DNA from: an uncultured Erysipelotrichaceae bacterium
Lineage (GTDB): Bacteria > Bacillota_I > Bacilli_A > RF39 > UBA660
Direction of reading: 5' to 3'
DNA: 64,000 nucleotides
NCBI GenBank assembly: GCA_902801795.1
Contig: CADCJQ010000005.1
Span: forward strand, 4,414-68,413
How positions within the stretch are numbered: position 1 is the first letter of the stretch; each line of letters begins with the position of its first letter. Position numbers and translations under genes: made by a program. The notes below the pieces were generated by a model, which saw only the letters and a program-made list of their open reading frames with translations, was not told where the DNA came from and ran no database searches. This document shows, in pieces, positions 19,096-28,023 of the stretch.

Positions 19096-20821
19096 TTTCT
19101 TCCTCCTTTACATAATAAAATTCTATATTTTGAAATGGTAAATTAATTGCTTGAATATGATAAAAAGCATTATTCTTTTGTTTTGTATAATGATAATCTC
19201 TTAATGAAGATGTTGTAAAGAAAATATTATTTAAAGAAGAATATTCATCTTTATATTCTTTTATTAAATTAGATATATCAACTACATAATAATCATCATC
19301 TATATTTTTTTCTAATACGCCTTTATATATTTGATGTGTTGCAACATGTCTTTGTTTATTTCTTTCTTCATCACCATAAGTAATCATATCGCCACTAAGA
19401 ATCATAATATATAAAGAATTATTGTTAGGATAATCACAAACTTCATTTATTAAATGCTTTTTCATATATATCTTAACAACACTTTTATCACCAATATAAA
19501 TAATATCTCGAGTTTTTTTTAATATTTGCGATTCTAAAAAATGTTTTACACTGTCTATTTCTAAAATAAAAGAATTCGAATCATAAATATATTTTAAATT
19601 CTCGTCTTTTATGATAATACTTTCTAAAGATGGATATTCATTATTAACTTTATTTGGAATATAATTACTAACGTCTTCTAAACGCATCTTATTAACATAT
19701 TGATAAACACTTTCTTCATTAAAATTATCTTTTAAATATCCTCTATCCAAGTACATTTCTTTTTGTAACTTACAAGTATAACTTTTATTAGAATGATAAT
19801 TATTCTTTACAAACGGACATCCTGTTTTGCATAAATATAAATATCCACATTTAATACATTCATCATTTAATTTCTCTTTATTATGATTAAGAAAAATTTT
19901 TTGAAAGGCTGTATTAAGTATTTCAGAAACTGTATTTTGATAAATATTACCATAATAGTAATCTTTATTTTTTTGTCCTCTAACACAAGAATAAATATCA
20001 CCATTTTTCTCTAATAAGAAAAATTTTTCACCGCAGTTATCGCAATTAGAACAATATGTTGGTCCAAATTCATCAAACCAAGGACCATTCACCCCATAAT
20101 CTAAATCCGTTCCATCAAATTCTTTGTGCATTCTCTTATAAAAAGCAACTTGTTCTTCTTCGTTCATATGATGAAGAATACCATTAGAATTATAATCAAA
20201 GCCAATCATAAAATTAAAATCATTCATGTCAAGACAAGTATTTTTATGCAGATATTTAATATCTTCAATAATTTCATCTATTTTATCATAATGTTCTTTA
20301 AAAATTGTTGCTGATACTTTCTTTTTATTCGGAATATCTTCTAATAGTTTAATATTATCTAAAATCTTTTCTAATGTTTTTTGATTACCTTTTGTTACCC
20401 TATAAGTATTATGTAATGAAAATGGCAAATCCAGACTACCTGATATAGAAACATTAAATTTTTTTATTGTATCTAAGTGTTTTTCTATATTATATAAGTT
20501 TGTTTTAATATGTACATTTCCAACTTTAAAACCATTAGCCTTAATAACATCCTTATTTTGATTATAATAATTATCTATATATTCAACAATTTCATAAAAT
20601 TCATTTTTAGATAATGTGGTAACCTCACCTCCATGAAGTGATATATTAAATGGCATAACATTACTTTTATGAAATTTATCAACAGCATATTTTAACGTAT
20701 CAATTGCTTTATATTTTTGATATTCATCTTTAGTGTTATCTTCTAGATAACAATATTTACATGCCATATTACAATTCATTGTAGGAACATATAATAAATG
20801 TATAAATTTTGTTTCAACCAT
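19088..20821 (-). CDS. Radical SAM/SPASM-domain enzyme with a ~200-aa C-terminal extension of unknown function
   Basis: CNMACKYCY (CxxxCxxC) near the N-terminus. SPASM-type cysteines are CSNCDNCGEKF...SC and CIKCGYLYLCKTGCP (Cx2Cx5Cx3C). I place the start at MVETKF (ATG 20821), which follows AGGGGA and lies 13 nt after the upstream stop. The track start at 20881 would overlap the upstream gene. Confidence 0.85.
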   Translation of the reverse strand: MVETKFIHLLYVPTMNCNMACKYCYLEDNTKDEYQKYKAIDTLKYAVDKFHKSNVMPFNISLHGGEVTTLSKNEFYEIVEYIDNYYNQNKDVIKANGFKVGNVHIKTNLYNIEKHLDTIKKFNVSISGSLDLPFSLHNTYRVTKGNQKTLEKILDNIKLLEDIPNKKKVSATIFKEHYDKIDEIIEDIKYLHKNTCLDMNDFNFMIGFDYNSNGILHHMNEEEQVAFYKRMHKEFDGTDLDYGVNGPWFDEFGPTYCSNCDNCGEKFFLLEKNGDIYSCVRGQKNKDYYYGNIYQNTVSEILNTAFQKIFLNHNKEKLNDECIKCGYLYLCKTGCPFVKNNYHSNKSYTCKLQKEMYLDRGYLKDNFNEESVYQYVNKMRLEDVSNYIPNKVNNEYPSLESIIIKDENLKYIYDSNSFILEIDSVKHFLESQILKKTRDIIYIGDKSVVKIYMKKHLINEVCDYPNNNSLYIMILSGDMITYGDEERNKQRHVATHQIYKGVLEKNIDDDYYVVDISNLIKEYKDEYSSLNNIFFTTSSLRDYHYTKQKNNAFYHIQAINLPFQNIEFYYVKEEENG

Positions 20822-20834
20822 AACTTTTCCCCTA

Positions 20835-22448
20835 TTAATAATACTCAATATATGTTGGACTTTCTTTAAATGCACGTTCATTTATGATAACATCTCGAGG
20901 TAATGTAATCGTTTCTAAACTATCACATCCCCTAAATGCCGATGATCCAATTTCTTTTAATAAACTATCACTTGGAATTGCAACTTCTTTTAAAGATATA
21001 TCTCCATAAAATGCATGAGCTGCAATTCTAGTTACATTCTTAGGAATATTAATCGATTTTAGTGATATGCAATTTTCAAATGTATTACCTCTAATTTCTG
21101 TTATTCCAGAAGGAATATTAATAAATTCTAAACTTGTGGCATTATAAAATGATTCTCCTCCTAAATATGTTAAAGTGCTCGGTAATTCCACCTTTTTTAT
21201 TGACGAGCAATTTTCAAATGCACCGCCACCTAAATATTGTAAATTCTTTGGAAGACGTACTTCCTTTAAACTAACATCATTGTAAAATGCTTCACCACGA
21301 ATTTCTCTAATTGAATCTGGCAATGTTACACTTTGTAATAAAAACATATTAGAAAAAGCGTTTCCTCTTAAACTTATTACACGTTCTCCTTTATATGTTT
21401 CAGGAATAGAAACAGTTTTAAAATTGCTTAACCCAAAGACATAATAACGAACAGCATAACCTCCATCTACTTTTTCATATAATATTCGAGGTTTAATAAA
21501 TAATAGCAACGACAAAACAATAGCTACCAATATACCACTAAGTTTTAAAACAATTAAATTATTTTCAACCAAAGAATTTTTAGTATTCATAACAATATTA
21601 CTAATCTTTTCATTTGGTCTTGCCTTAACTTCTTTTTTTAAATATTTTAATAAATCATATTTTTTAGTAATTTTAGAAAATATGATTAAAATAATCAATC
21701 CTATTAAATAAGTTAATATTGGAAAATGAAAAAATATCATAGTTAGATAAACAAAAACCAAAAATGAAAAAATAATTGTTAATATTCTTTTTCTTTTTAT
21801 AACTTCTGAAGGAATAAGTTTTTTGCTTAAATCAATACCAGCCTTTGTCATTTCTTTCTTTAAAAATTCTTCTAATAATAAATCTTCAGAATTACTATAT
21901 ATTGAATCATAATCACTGCTTTTGGCAAAAGTAACTGGAATTACTTTGACATTATCATTTTCAAAAGGCGCCCCACATTTAGAACAAACTTTATCATTTA
22001 CGTCTAAAGTATTTCCACAATAAGTACATTTTAAGGTAACTCGATTATCATTTGCATCTTTAATTGTATTACTTTTTAATTTATTTAAATTACTACCAAA
22101 AGGTGATTTTTTGGTTATTAATGCCGTAATTGGGACAATAACAAATGCTCCAATAAAAACTAATCCAAAATCAAAAAAAGCTATTGATGTAGTTACAAAG
22201 AAATCAAAAAATAATAATATTCCTACTCTTATACCAAACATTATCCAGAATAATCTCTTCGAATTATCTTTAGCTAACATTTCCGAAAGAGGTTTTAAAA
22301 CAAAAACAGACATATGAATGGATACAAAAGCTTCCATCATTATTGCCCCTAAAACACCAATTGATGAACCTTCTAAAGAAGAGCTTGCATTAACAATTTG
22401 AGGGATAAACATTAAAAATCCAATTAAAAAATACTTTATTTTTTTCAT
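20835..22448 (-). CDS. Polytopic membrane protein with an internal zinc ribbon and a C-terminal BspA-type leucine-rich repeat (LRR_5-like) domain
   Basis: Signal/TM segments, CTYCGN...CSKCGA, then repeats of the pattern IP..V..I...AF..C.SL (for example NCSSIKKVELPSTLTYLGGESFYNATSLEFINIPSGITEIRGNTFENCISLKSINIP). Confidence 0.7.
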   Translation of the reverse strand: MKKIKYFLIGFLMFIPQIVNASSSLEGSSIGVLGAIMMEAFVSIHMSVFVLKPLSEMLAKDNSKRLFWIMFGIRVGILLFFDFFVTTSIAFFDFGLVFIGAFVIVPITALITKKSPFGSNLNKLKSNTIKDANDNRVTLKCTYCGNTLDVNDKVCSKCGAPFENDNVKVIPVTFAKSSDYDSIYSNSEDLLLEEFLKKEMTKAGIDLSKKLIPSEVIKRKRILTIIFSFLVFVYLTMIFFHFPILTYLIGLIILIIFSKITKKYDLLKYLKKEVKARPNEKISNIVMNTKNSLVENNLIVLKLSGILVAIVLSLLLFIKPRILYEKVDGGYAVRYYVFGLSNFKTVSIPETYKGERVISLRGNAFSNMFLLQSVTLPDSIREIRGEAFYNDVSLKEVRLPKNLQYLGGGAFENCSSIKKVELPSTLTYLGGESFYNATSLEFINIPSGITEIRGNTFENCISLKSINIPKNVTRIAAHAFYGDISLKEVAIPSDSLLKEIGSSAFRGCDSLETITLPRDVIINERAFKESPTYIEYY

Positions 22449-22527
22449 ACTACCACCTACATTATATTAATAGTATAACATATTTTTTCTTAATTTTAAA
22501 AAAAAGATTTAACTAAATGCTAAATCT

Positions 22528-25500
22528 CTATATTTTTTTATATTTACTATCTATAATTGAATATAAATAAAGATTAACTTTTTTAGAAGATATTTTACTT
22601 ATGTAATCACGATAACCAGATAGTTGCTTTATATAGGCTTCATCATCAATATTTTTTAATTTATAATCAATAATATCAATATAATCAGGATATTCTAGCA
22701 TTAAGTCAATAACTCCATTTTTTTCCTCTTCTAAATTATTATCAATAAATTCATATTCTTGATATACTTTAGCCTCTTGAATATTCTTCATTAATTCACT
22801 ATTCATCAATTCTTTAATTTTTATGACATATTCTTCTTCAATTCCATCATAATTAGGTTCATGAAAATCCATTGTTTCTAAATAATAATGTATTTTAGTA
22901 CCAAAGTCCATTACTTCTTTTTGGTTTTTATCAATTAAATGAACATTACTTTTTGAAAAATGACTTTTCTCTTTTTCACATTTCGTTATTTTAGGATAAT
23001 TTACTAAATTTATTTTTTGATTACTCTTTTTCATATTATTAAATAAATTATTACCATTAATTAAATTATAATCTTTGGTTAAATTTAAAGTATTTACATC
23101 TATTTCTTTAATATAAGTATTAACCTTTGATTTAATAGATTCTAAGATATCAGAAAAACAACGATACCCTTCTCTTACAGAACTATCTACAAGACCATCA
23201 TTATCATATATTTCATCTTTATCTTTTAACGGAAGAATAAAAATCATTTTTTCTTTCGCTCTTGTTAAGGCAACATAAAATAACCTTATTTTCTCACTTA
23301 TCTCTTCTTGTAAATATTTCTTTTTAAATAATTCACGATAAATAGTACTTCCTATTCCTTCATCAAAAAATGGTGTAATAATACCTAATTCATTATCAAA
23401 AATAATACGATCTTTTAAATCACTATCATTAAATTTCTTAGTTAAACCAGGGAAATAACAAATATGATATTCAAGTCCCTTTGATTTATGAATCGTCATT
23501 ATTTTAACACTATTACCATCTTCTTTATTTAATGGAAAAGTTATATTAGTTCCACTATCAAAAATGTTATTTAAGAAATCAACAAAATGAGTATAATCAT
23601 ATCCCATACTATTTAATGTTTCTGATAAAGTATATAGGTATTCTACTTTAACTAAATTTTCATTAAGAGAAGATATCTTTCTTAATTTATTATAAATATC
23701 AAATTTATTAATGATTTCATCTAATATCATTGATATTGTTTTTTCCGAAACATTAGTTGATATATCACGAATAATTTTAAATATATCTGTTTCTTCATAA
23801 CTATTATTTCTTATTACATCAAATAAATAATTATCATTTAAATCACATAAAAAACTTCTTCCAATGGATAAAAAACAATACTCTATTTCTTGTTTATTAC
23901 CATTATTACTTAATAAATTAATTAAACGAAAGATATTCTTAATAACTAAAAATAAATTACTATTCGTTAAATATTCATCTTTATAAATACTTAAAGGAAT
24001 ATGCTTGTAAAGAAAGATTTTTTTATATAATTCAAACGTTGTACTTCGATCTATTAAAATTGAAAAATCATTATAAGTAATATCTCTTAATATTTTATTA
24101 TCTTTATCAAATACTTGATAATGAGAACTTATCTTTTTATTAATATCATCTGCAATAATAAAAGCTTCGATTTCATCTTTATCAAAACCTATTTCTTTAT
24201 CATACAAATAATTATATATTTCAAAATCATTATTTTGGGAGGTTTTACCTTCTTCATTATAAGTAATATTACCAAAATTCATTCGATGTGATTTAATATA
24301 ATCTGCTCCTCCAATACTATCACTCATAATATAATCAAAGATTAAATTAATATTATTTAATACTTCTTCACGAGATCGAAAATTCTTTAATAAATCTATT
24401 TTCATTCCACCATTATTCTTTTCATAATTATTATATTTTTCACGAAAGATATTCGGGTTAGCATTACGAAAACGATAAATAGATTGTTTAACATCACCAA
24501 CCATATACAAGTCATCATTACAAATAAGTGATATAAAAGCTTCTTGCAAATCAGAAGTATCTTGGTATTCATCAACTAATATTTCTAAAAAATAATTTTT
24601 TATTTCATCACGAATATTATTGTTTTCCATAACTACTTTAATAGCCATTTTACTAATATCAACAAAGTCATATAAATCATTTTCATGTTTATAAAATTCT
24701 ATTTCACTATCTAATTTATTAATAATATCAATGATAGTCTCAACATAAGGTTTAGTCATTAAGATATTATTTTTTATTTCATCAATACTTGCAAAAGAAG
24801 TTAAACTCTTTATTTCATCTAAAACCCCTTTTAAATCATCCTTTGTTTTTTTAGTAAATTCATCACTTCCTCTTGGAAGATTAGGAAGTCTTGTAATATT
24901 ATCAACACCTGTTTTTATATCAAGATAATTATCACTATTAATTAAGCTATTACACATATCCATTAGTTTAGTAAAATAATCGGTATCTACCATATCACCT
25001 AGTTTATATAAAGTAATATCAAATAATTTAACCTTACTTTTAAGTAATTCTTCATATTGTTTTACTTTATCCATAATGTATTCTTCACTATAATATTTTT
25101 CAAGATAATTATCTAAGTATTCTTTCTTATCATATTTCATATTAAGTTTATTATTTAAATTTAAGATAGATGCTTTAATATCATCATCATCTTTAATACA
25201 AAAATCATTAATAAGTTTACAAAAATTATCATCTTTTTCTTGATACTTTTCTTCCATAACTTCATCTAAATATTCTTGTGTTTTAATATTTAATACATTA
25301 TTTTCGATAATATTAACATTCTTTTTAACATTTAATAAATAATGATATTTCTTAACTATCGATAAAGAATAACTATCAAAGGTTGTTATATAACTATTAT
25401 CTAATTTATTTAATTGTTCAACTAAATTATTTTTTTTTATTTTCTTCCTTATTCTTTCTTTCATTTCAGCGGCAGCGGCTTTCGTAAAAGTAAGTATTAA

Positions 25501-25650
25501 TAATCTATCCACATCCGTTCCATGCATAACTTTTTCTAATACACGTTCGGACAATACTGCTGTTTTACCACTACCGGCTCCTGCAGATACAATTATATTT
25601 TTTCCACATTCATAAATTGCACTTTCTTGTTCTTTGGTCCAACTTGGCAT
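22528..25650 (-). CDS. addA: ATP-dependent helicase/nuclease subunit A (AddA/RexA)
   Basis: UvrD-like N-terminus (WTKEQESAIYECGKNIIVSAGAGSGKTAVLSERV), the VDEYQDT motif, and a C-terminal PD-(D/E)xK region (GVIDLMLEY...IIDYK). Confidence 0.9.
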   Translation of the reverse strand: MPSWTKEQESAIYECGKNIIVSAGAGSGKTAVLSERVLEKVMHGTDVDRLLILTFTKAAAAEMKERIRKKIKKNNLVEQLNKLDNSYITTFDSYSLSIVKKYHYLLNVKKNVNIIENNVLNIKTQEYLDEVMEEKYQEKDDNFCKLINDFCIKDDDDIKASILNLNNKLNMKYDKKEYLDNYLEKYYSEEYIMDKVKQYEELLKSKVKLFDITLYKLGDMVDTDYFTKLMDMCNSLINSDNYLDIKTGVDNITRLPNLPRGSDEFTKKTKDDLKGVLDEIKSLTSFASIDEIKNNILMTKPYVETIIDIINKLDSEIEFYKHENDLYDFVDISKMAIKVVMENNNIRDEIKNYFLEILVDEYQDTSDLQEAFISLICNDDLYMVGDVKQSIYRFRNANPNIFREKYNNYEKNNGGMKIDLLKNFRSREEVLNNINLIFDYIMSDSIGGADYIKSHRMNFGNITYNEEGKTSQNNDFEIYNYLYDKEIGFDKDEIEAFIIADDINKKISSHYQVFDKDNKILRDITYNDFSILIDRSTTFELYKKIFLYKHIPLSIYKDEYLTNSNLFLVIKNIFRLINLLSNNGNKQEIEYCFLSIGRSFLCDLNDNYLFDVIRNNSYEETDIFKIIRDISTNVSEKTISMILDEIINKFDIYNKLRKISSLNENLVKVEYLYTLSETLNSMGYDYTHFVDFLNNIFDSGTNITFPLNKEDGNSVKIMTIHKSKGLEYHICYFPGLTKKFNDSDLKDRIIFDNELGIITPFFDEGIGSTIYRELFKKKYLQEEISEKIRLFYVALTRAKEKMIFILPLKDKDEIYDNDGLVDSSVREGYRCFSDILESIKSKVNTYIKEIDVNTLNLTKDYNLINGNNLFNNMKKSNQKINLVNYPKITKCEKEKSHFSKSNVHLIDKNQKEVMDFGTKIHYYLETMDFHEPNYDGIEEEYVIKIKELMNSELMKNIQEAKVYQEYEFIDNNLEEEKNGVIDLMLEYPDYIDIIDYKLKNIDDEAYIKQLSGYRDYISKISSKKVNLYLYSIIDSKYKKI

Positions 25651-25747
25651 AACATCACCTTCTTTTATATCTTATCATAAAATGATATTTTTTTATTAAA
25701 AAACTTTTGTCACTATTAATAACAAAAGTTTATATTAATACATTAAT

Positions 25748-27751
25748 TTATTTAATTACATAAGGTTTACTTGCAGTTCCATCGGCATCATTATCAACGA
25801 TTGTAATGCCATTTTTAAGGGATAAAACTGGACGAAGACCACGACTCTTATTTACAATGCCATAATAAATAGCTCCATTTAGTGTAGAAAAGTCTGCGGA
25901 ATTATTAACACTAGTAAAATTGTAAGGCGACATCAACCAATAATCTGTTCCATTATTCAAATAGCTTATCACCGAACCTAAAACACCTCCACCAGATAAA
26001 ATCATTTCATCTGAAGATAATAATGCTACCGGATAATCTAAAGCTCCATTTCCTTTGCCATTTTTAATTGTAAAAGCATCATTTTTTCTACAAGATAAAC
26101 TCGGCCTTTTTATCACATTTTGTCTTTCATATCCAGAATAATATACAGTACTATTACTTATTCCTATCATTCCATCATTTGGATTTAATCCACCTAAAGA
26201 ATATATACTTCTATCATTACAAAATAATGTATCTTCTAATTTGTTTTCATAACTAGTATTATCAATATTATCCTCATACCAAGAATCTATCATTTTTTTT
26301 GCATTAGAATCATTATTGTTTTCTTGCATTTCTTTTAGTGCATCTTCAATGCTTTTTCCATTAATTAATGTAAAGTACAGATAATATTGTTTTCCGTTTC
26401 TTGTACCATACGCATAATAGTATCTTATATTTTCGCAAGTTCCATCAGTTGTTGTTAAATTGCATGTATAGTGATGATTATAATCTATCCATTCTTTAAC
26501 ATTTGTTAATGTATATAAATTATTGGTACTATCATAAATAAAACTATTACCAAAATATGCACTATCTTCTGCCTCTCCATTTGTTACCTCATACACGCTT
26601 CCATACATATAGCCAACATATGCTGGTGAATTAGCATTTTCGTTAAATGCAAATGTATTTACATCTGTTCCATCGATATTCAATGTTATTTGAGAATCAG
26701 TTCCTGTATTATCGCAATCTGGTACTTCACTTGTTCCTTTATTTTCGCCATTATATATTAATTTAACACCACCAGTATCGGTTGTTCTTACCATCTTCCA
26801 ACATTTATTAGCAAATAATACATTATTGTTTTCTACTGCTCCTCGATAATACATTACTGGATATGCATCATTTGATGTACTACTAAATGTATATACTCCT
26901 TTTCCATTGGTATCACTTGATATATTACTAAAATCTATTCCTGGCGTTGTATTATTTACGTATGTACTATTAATATTATCCATTACTGTTTGTCTTTCTA
27001 CTACATCATATAATGTTTCTTCTACCCAGATATCTTCATTTGCTTCTACTTTTACTTGGAATGATATTCCATTTTGTTGTAAAGAATTCCATTCATCAGT
27101 TGTTAATACTACTCTTCCATCTACCCAATCATTAGTTGTTCCCATTAAATCTGTTTCATTTCCATCATAGGTATCTGATATGGCTATTTTATTTTTATCT
27201 AAATAAGCTTTAATGGTTATTTTTCCATTTATCCCACTTGGTGTTCCTAAGGTAGTATTCTGTGGTATATATCCTACTAAGATATTACCATCTCCCATAA
27301 TACCATTACCTGATAATCTTTTATATATTTTAGTATCTTTACTTTCTCTTTCTTCAAAATAATTATTTTCATACGTTCCAAGTCCTTCAACACTTATATC
27401 TAAACTTATCGGTACTATTTGACCTGTTGATGTTGTAACATGAGAGTTTACTGCTGATACTAAATATTCAATACCACCTACATAATCAGTATCTCCTTCT
27501 ACTTCTATTTCAAATGTTCCAACTTTAGTTGTATCATTCATTATTCCTGTTTCTGTTGGATCTATTGGAAATAAATTAGTTAAATTAATTGTTTCTGTTT
27601 GTCTTGAAATAAAACTTATTCTTCCTGTCTTAATTACATTAGCTTCCCCTGTTCTTGTATAATTAAAGAATGCATACGTTACACTACCTACTGTTAATAT
27701 TAACGTAAATATTGTTATTACTAATAACATTTGTTTTTTACTTTTTATCAT
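25748..27751 (-). CDS. Secreted large protein: SipW-cognate-like signal, conserved N-terminal module, and a C-terminal domain ending in a YWLMSP...RGLRPVLSL motif
   Basis: N-terminus MIKSKKQMLLVITIFTLILTVGSVTYAFFNYTRTGEANVIKTGRISF. It is paralogous to 28024..29930 and, in the N-terminal module only, to 44911..48078. Confidence 0.75.
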   Translation of the reverse strand: MIKSKKQMLLVITIFTLILTVGSVTYAFFNYTRTGEANVIKTGRISFISRQTETINLTNLFPIDPTETGIMNDTTKVGTFEIEVEGDTDYVGGIEYLVSAVNSHVTTSTGQIVPISLDISVEGLGTYENNYFEERESKDTKIYKRLSGNGIMGDGNILVGYIPQNTTLGTPSGINGKITIKAYLDKNKIAISDTYDGNETDLMGTTNDWVDGRVVLTTDEWNSLQQNGISFQVKVEANEDIWVEETLYDVVERQTVMDNINSTYVNNTTPGIDFSNISSDTNGKGVYTFSSTSNDAYPVMYYRGAVENNNVLFANKCWKMVRTTDTGGVKLIYNGENKGTSEVPDCDNTGTDSQITLNIDGTDVNTFAFNENANSPAYVGYMYGSVYEVTNGEAEDSAYFGNSFIYDSTNNLYTLTNVKEWIDYNHHYTCNLTTTDGTCENIRYYYAYGTRNGKQYYLYFTLINGKSIEDALKEMQENNNDSNAKKMIDSWYEDNIDNTSYENKLEDTLFCNDRSIYSLGGLNPNDGMIGISNSTVYYSGYERQNVIKRPSLSCRKNDAFTIKNGKGNGALDYPVALLSSDEMILSGGGVLGSVISYLNNGTDYWLMSPYNFTSVNNSADFSTLNGAIYYGIVNKSRGLRPVLSLKNGITIVDNDADGTASKPYVIK

Positions 27752-27804
27752 TTTTACTATCTCCTTTTCTTAATTAATTATTATCTTATATAATCATATA
27801 TCAT

Positions 27805-27854
27805 CAACTATCATTATAAAAAAGGATTACAACTATCATTATAAAAAAGGATTA
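27805..27854. repeat. Perfect tandem duplication of a 25-bp unit (caactatcattataaaaaaggatta x2)
   Basis: Read directly from the sequence. On the minus strand each unit reads TAATCCTTTTTTATAATGATAGTTG and contains a TATAAT box. It lies 54-103 nt upstream of ATG 27751. Confidence 0.9.
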
Positions 27855-27871
27855 ATGGTCTATAAAAATGA

Positions 27872-27881
27872 CCCCCCCCCC
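27872..27881. repeat. C10 (G10 on the coding strand) homopolymer in the promoter region
   Basis: Ten consecutive C counted at 27872..27881. This stands out in such an AT-rich sequence. Confidence 0.9.
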
Positions 27882-28023
27882 AATATTAGTATTAGTTAAC
27901 ATTGCTACCTCCTATTTTTATACTATAATCTTAGCACAGTTTTTAATGGTTGTAAATAATGAAATTATAAAAATGATATGAATATTACCAATCAATATTC
28001 ATATCATATTTTAATAAATAACT

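Noticed and set aside
20822-20881. The 20-codon N-terminal extension of the rSAM ORF (MNVHLKKVQHILSIINRGKV).
   Set aside because: It would overlap the 3' end of the upstream LRR gene by 47 nt. The internal ATG at 20821 has a proper RBS and sits 13 nt after the upstream stop.
27805-27854. Possible CRISPR or minisatellite array.
   Set aside because: There are only two directly abutting 25-bp copies with no spacers, and no cas genes are present. I treat it as a promoter-region tandem duplication.
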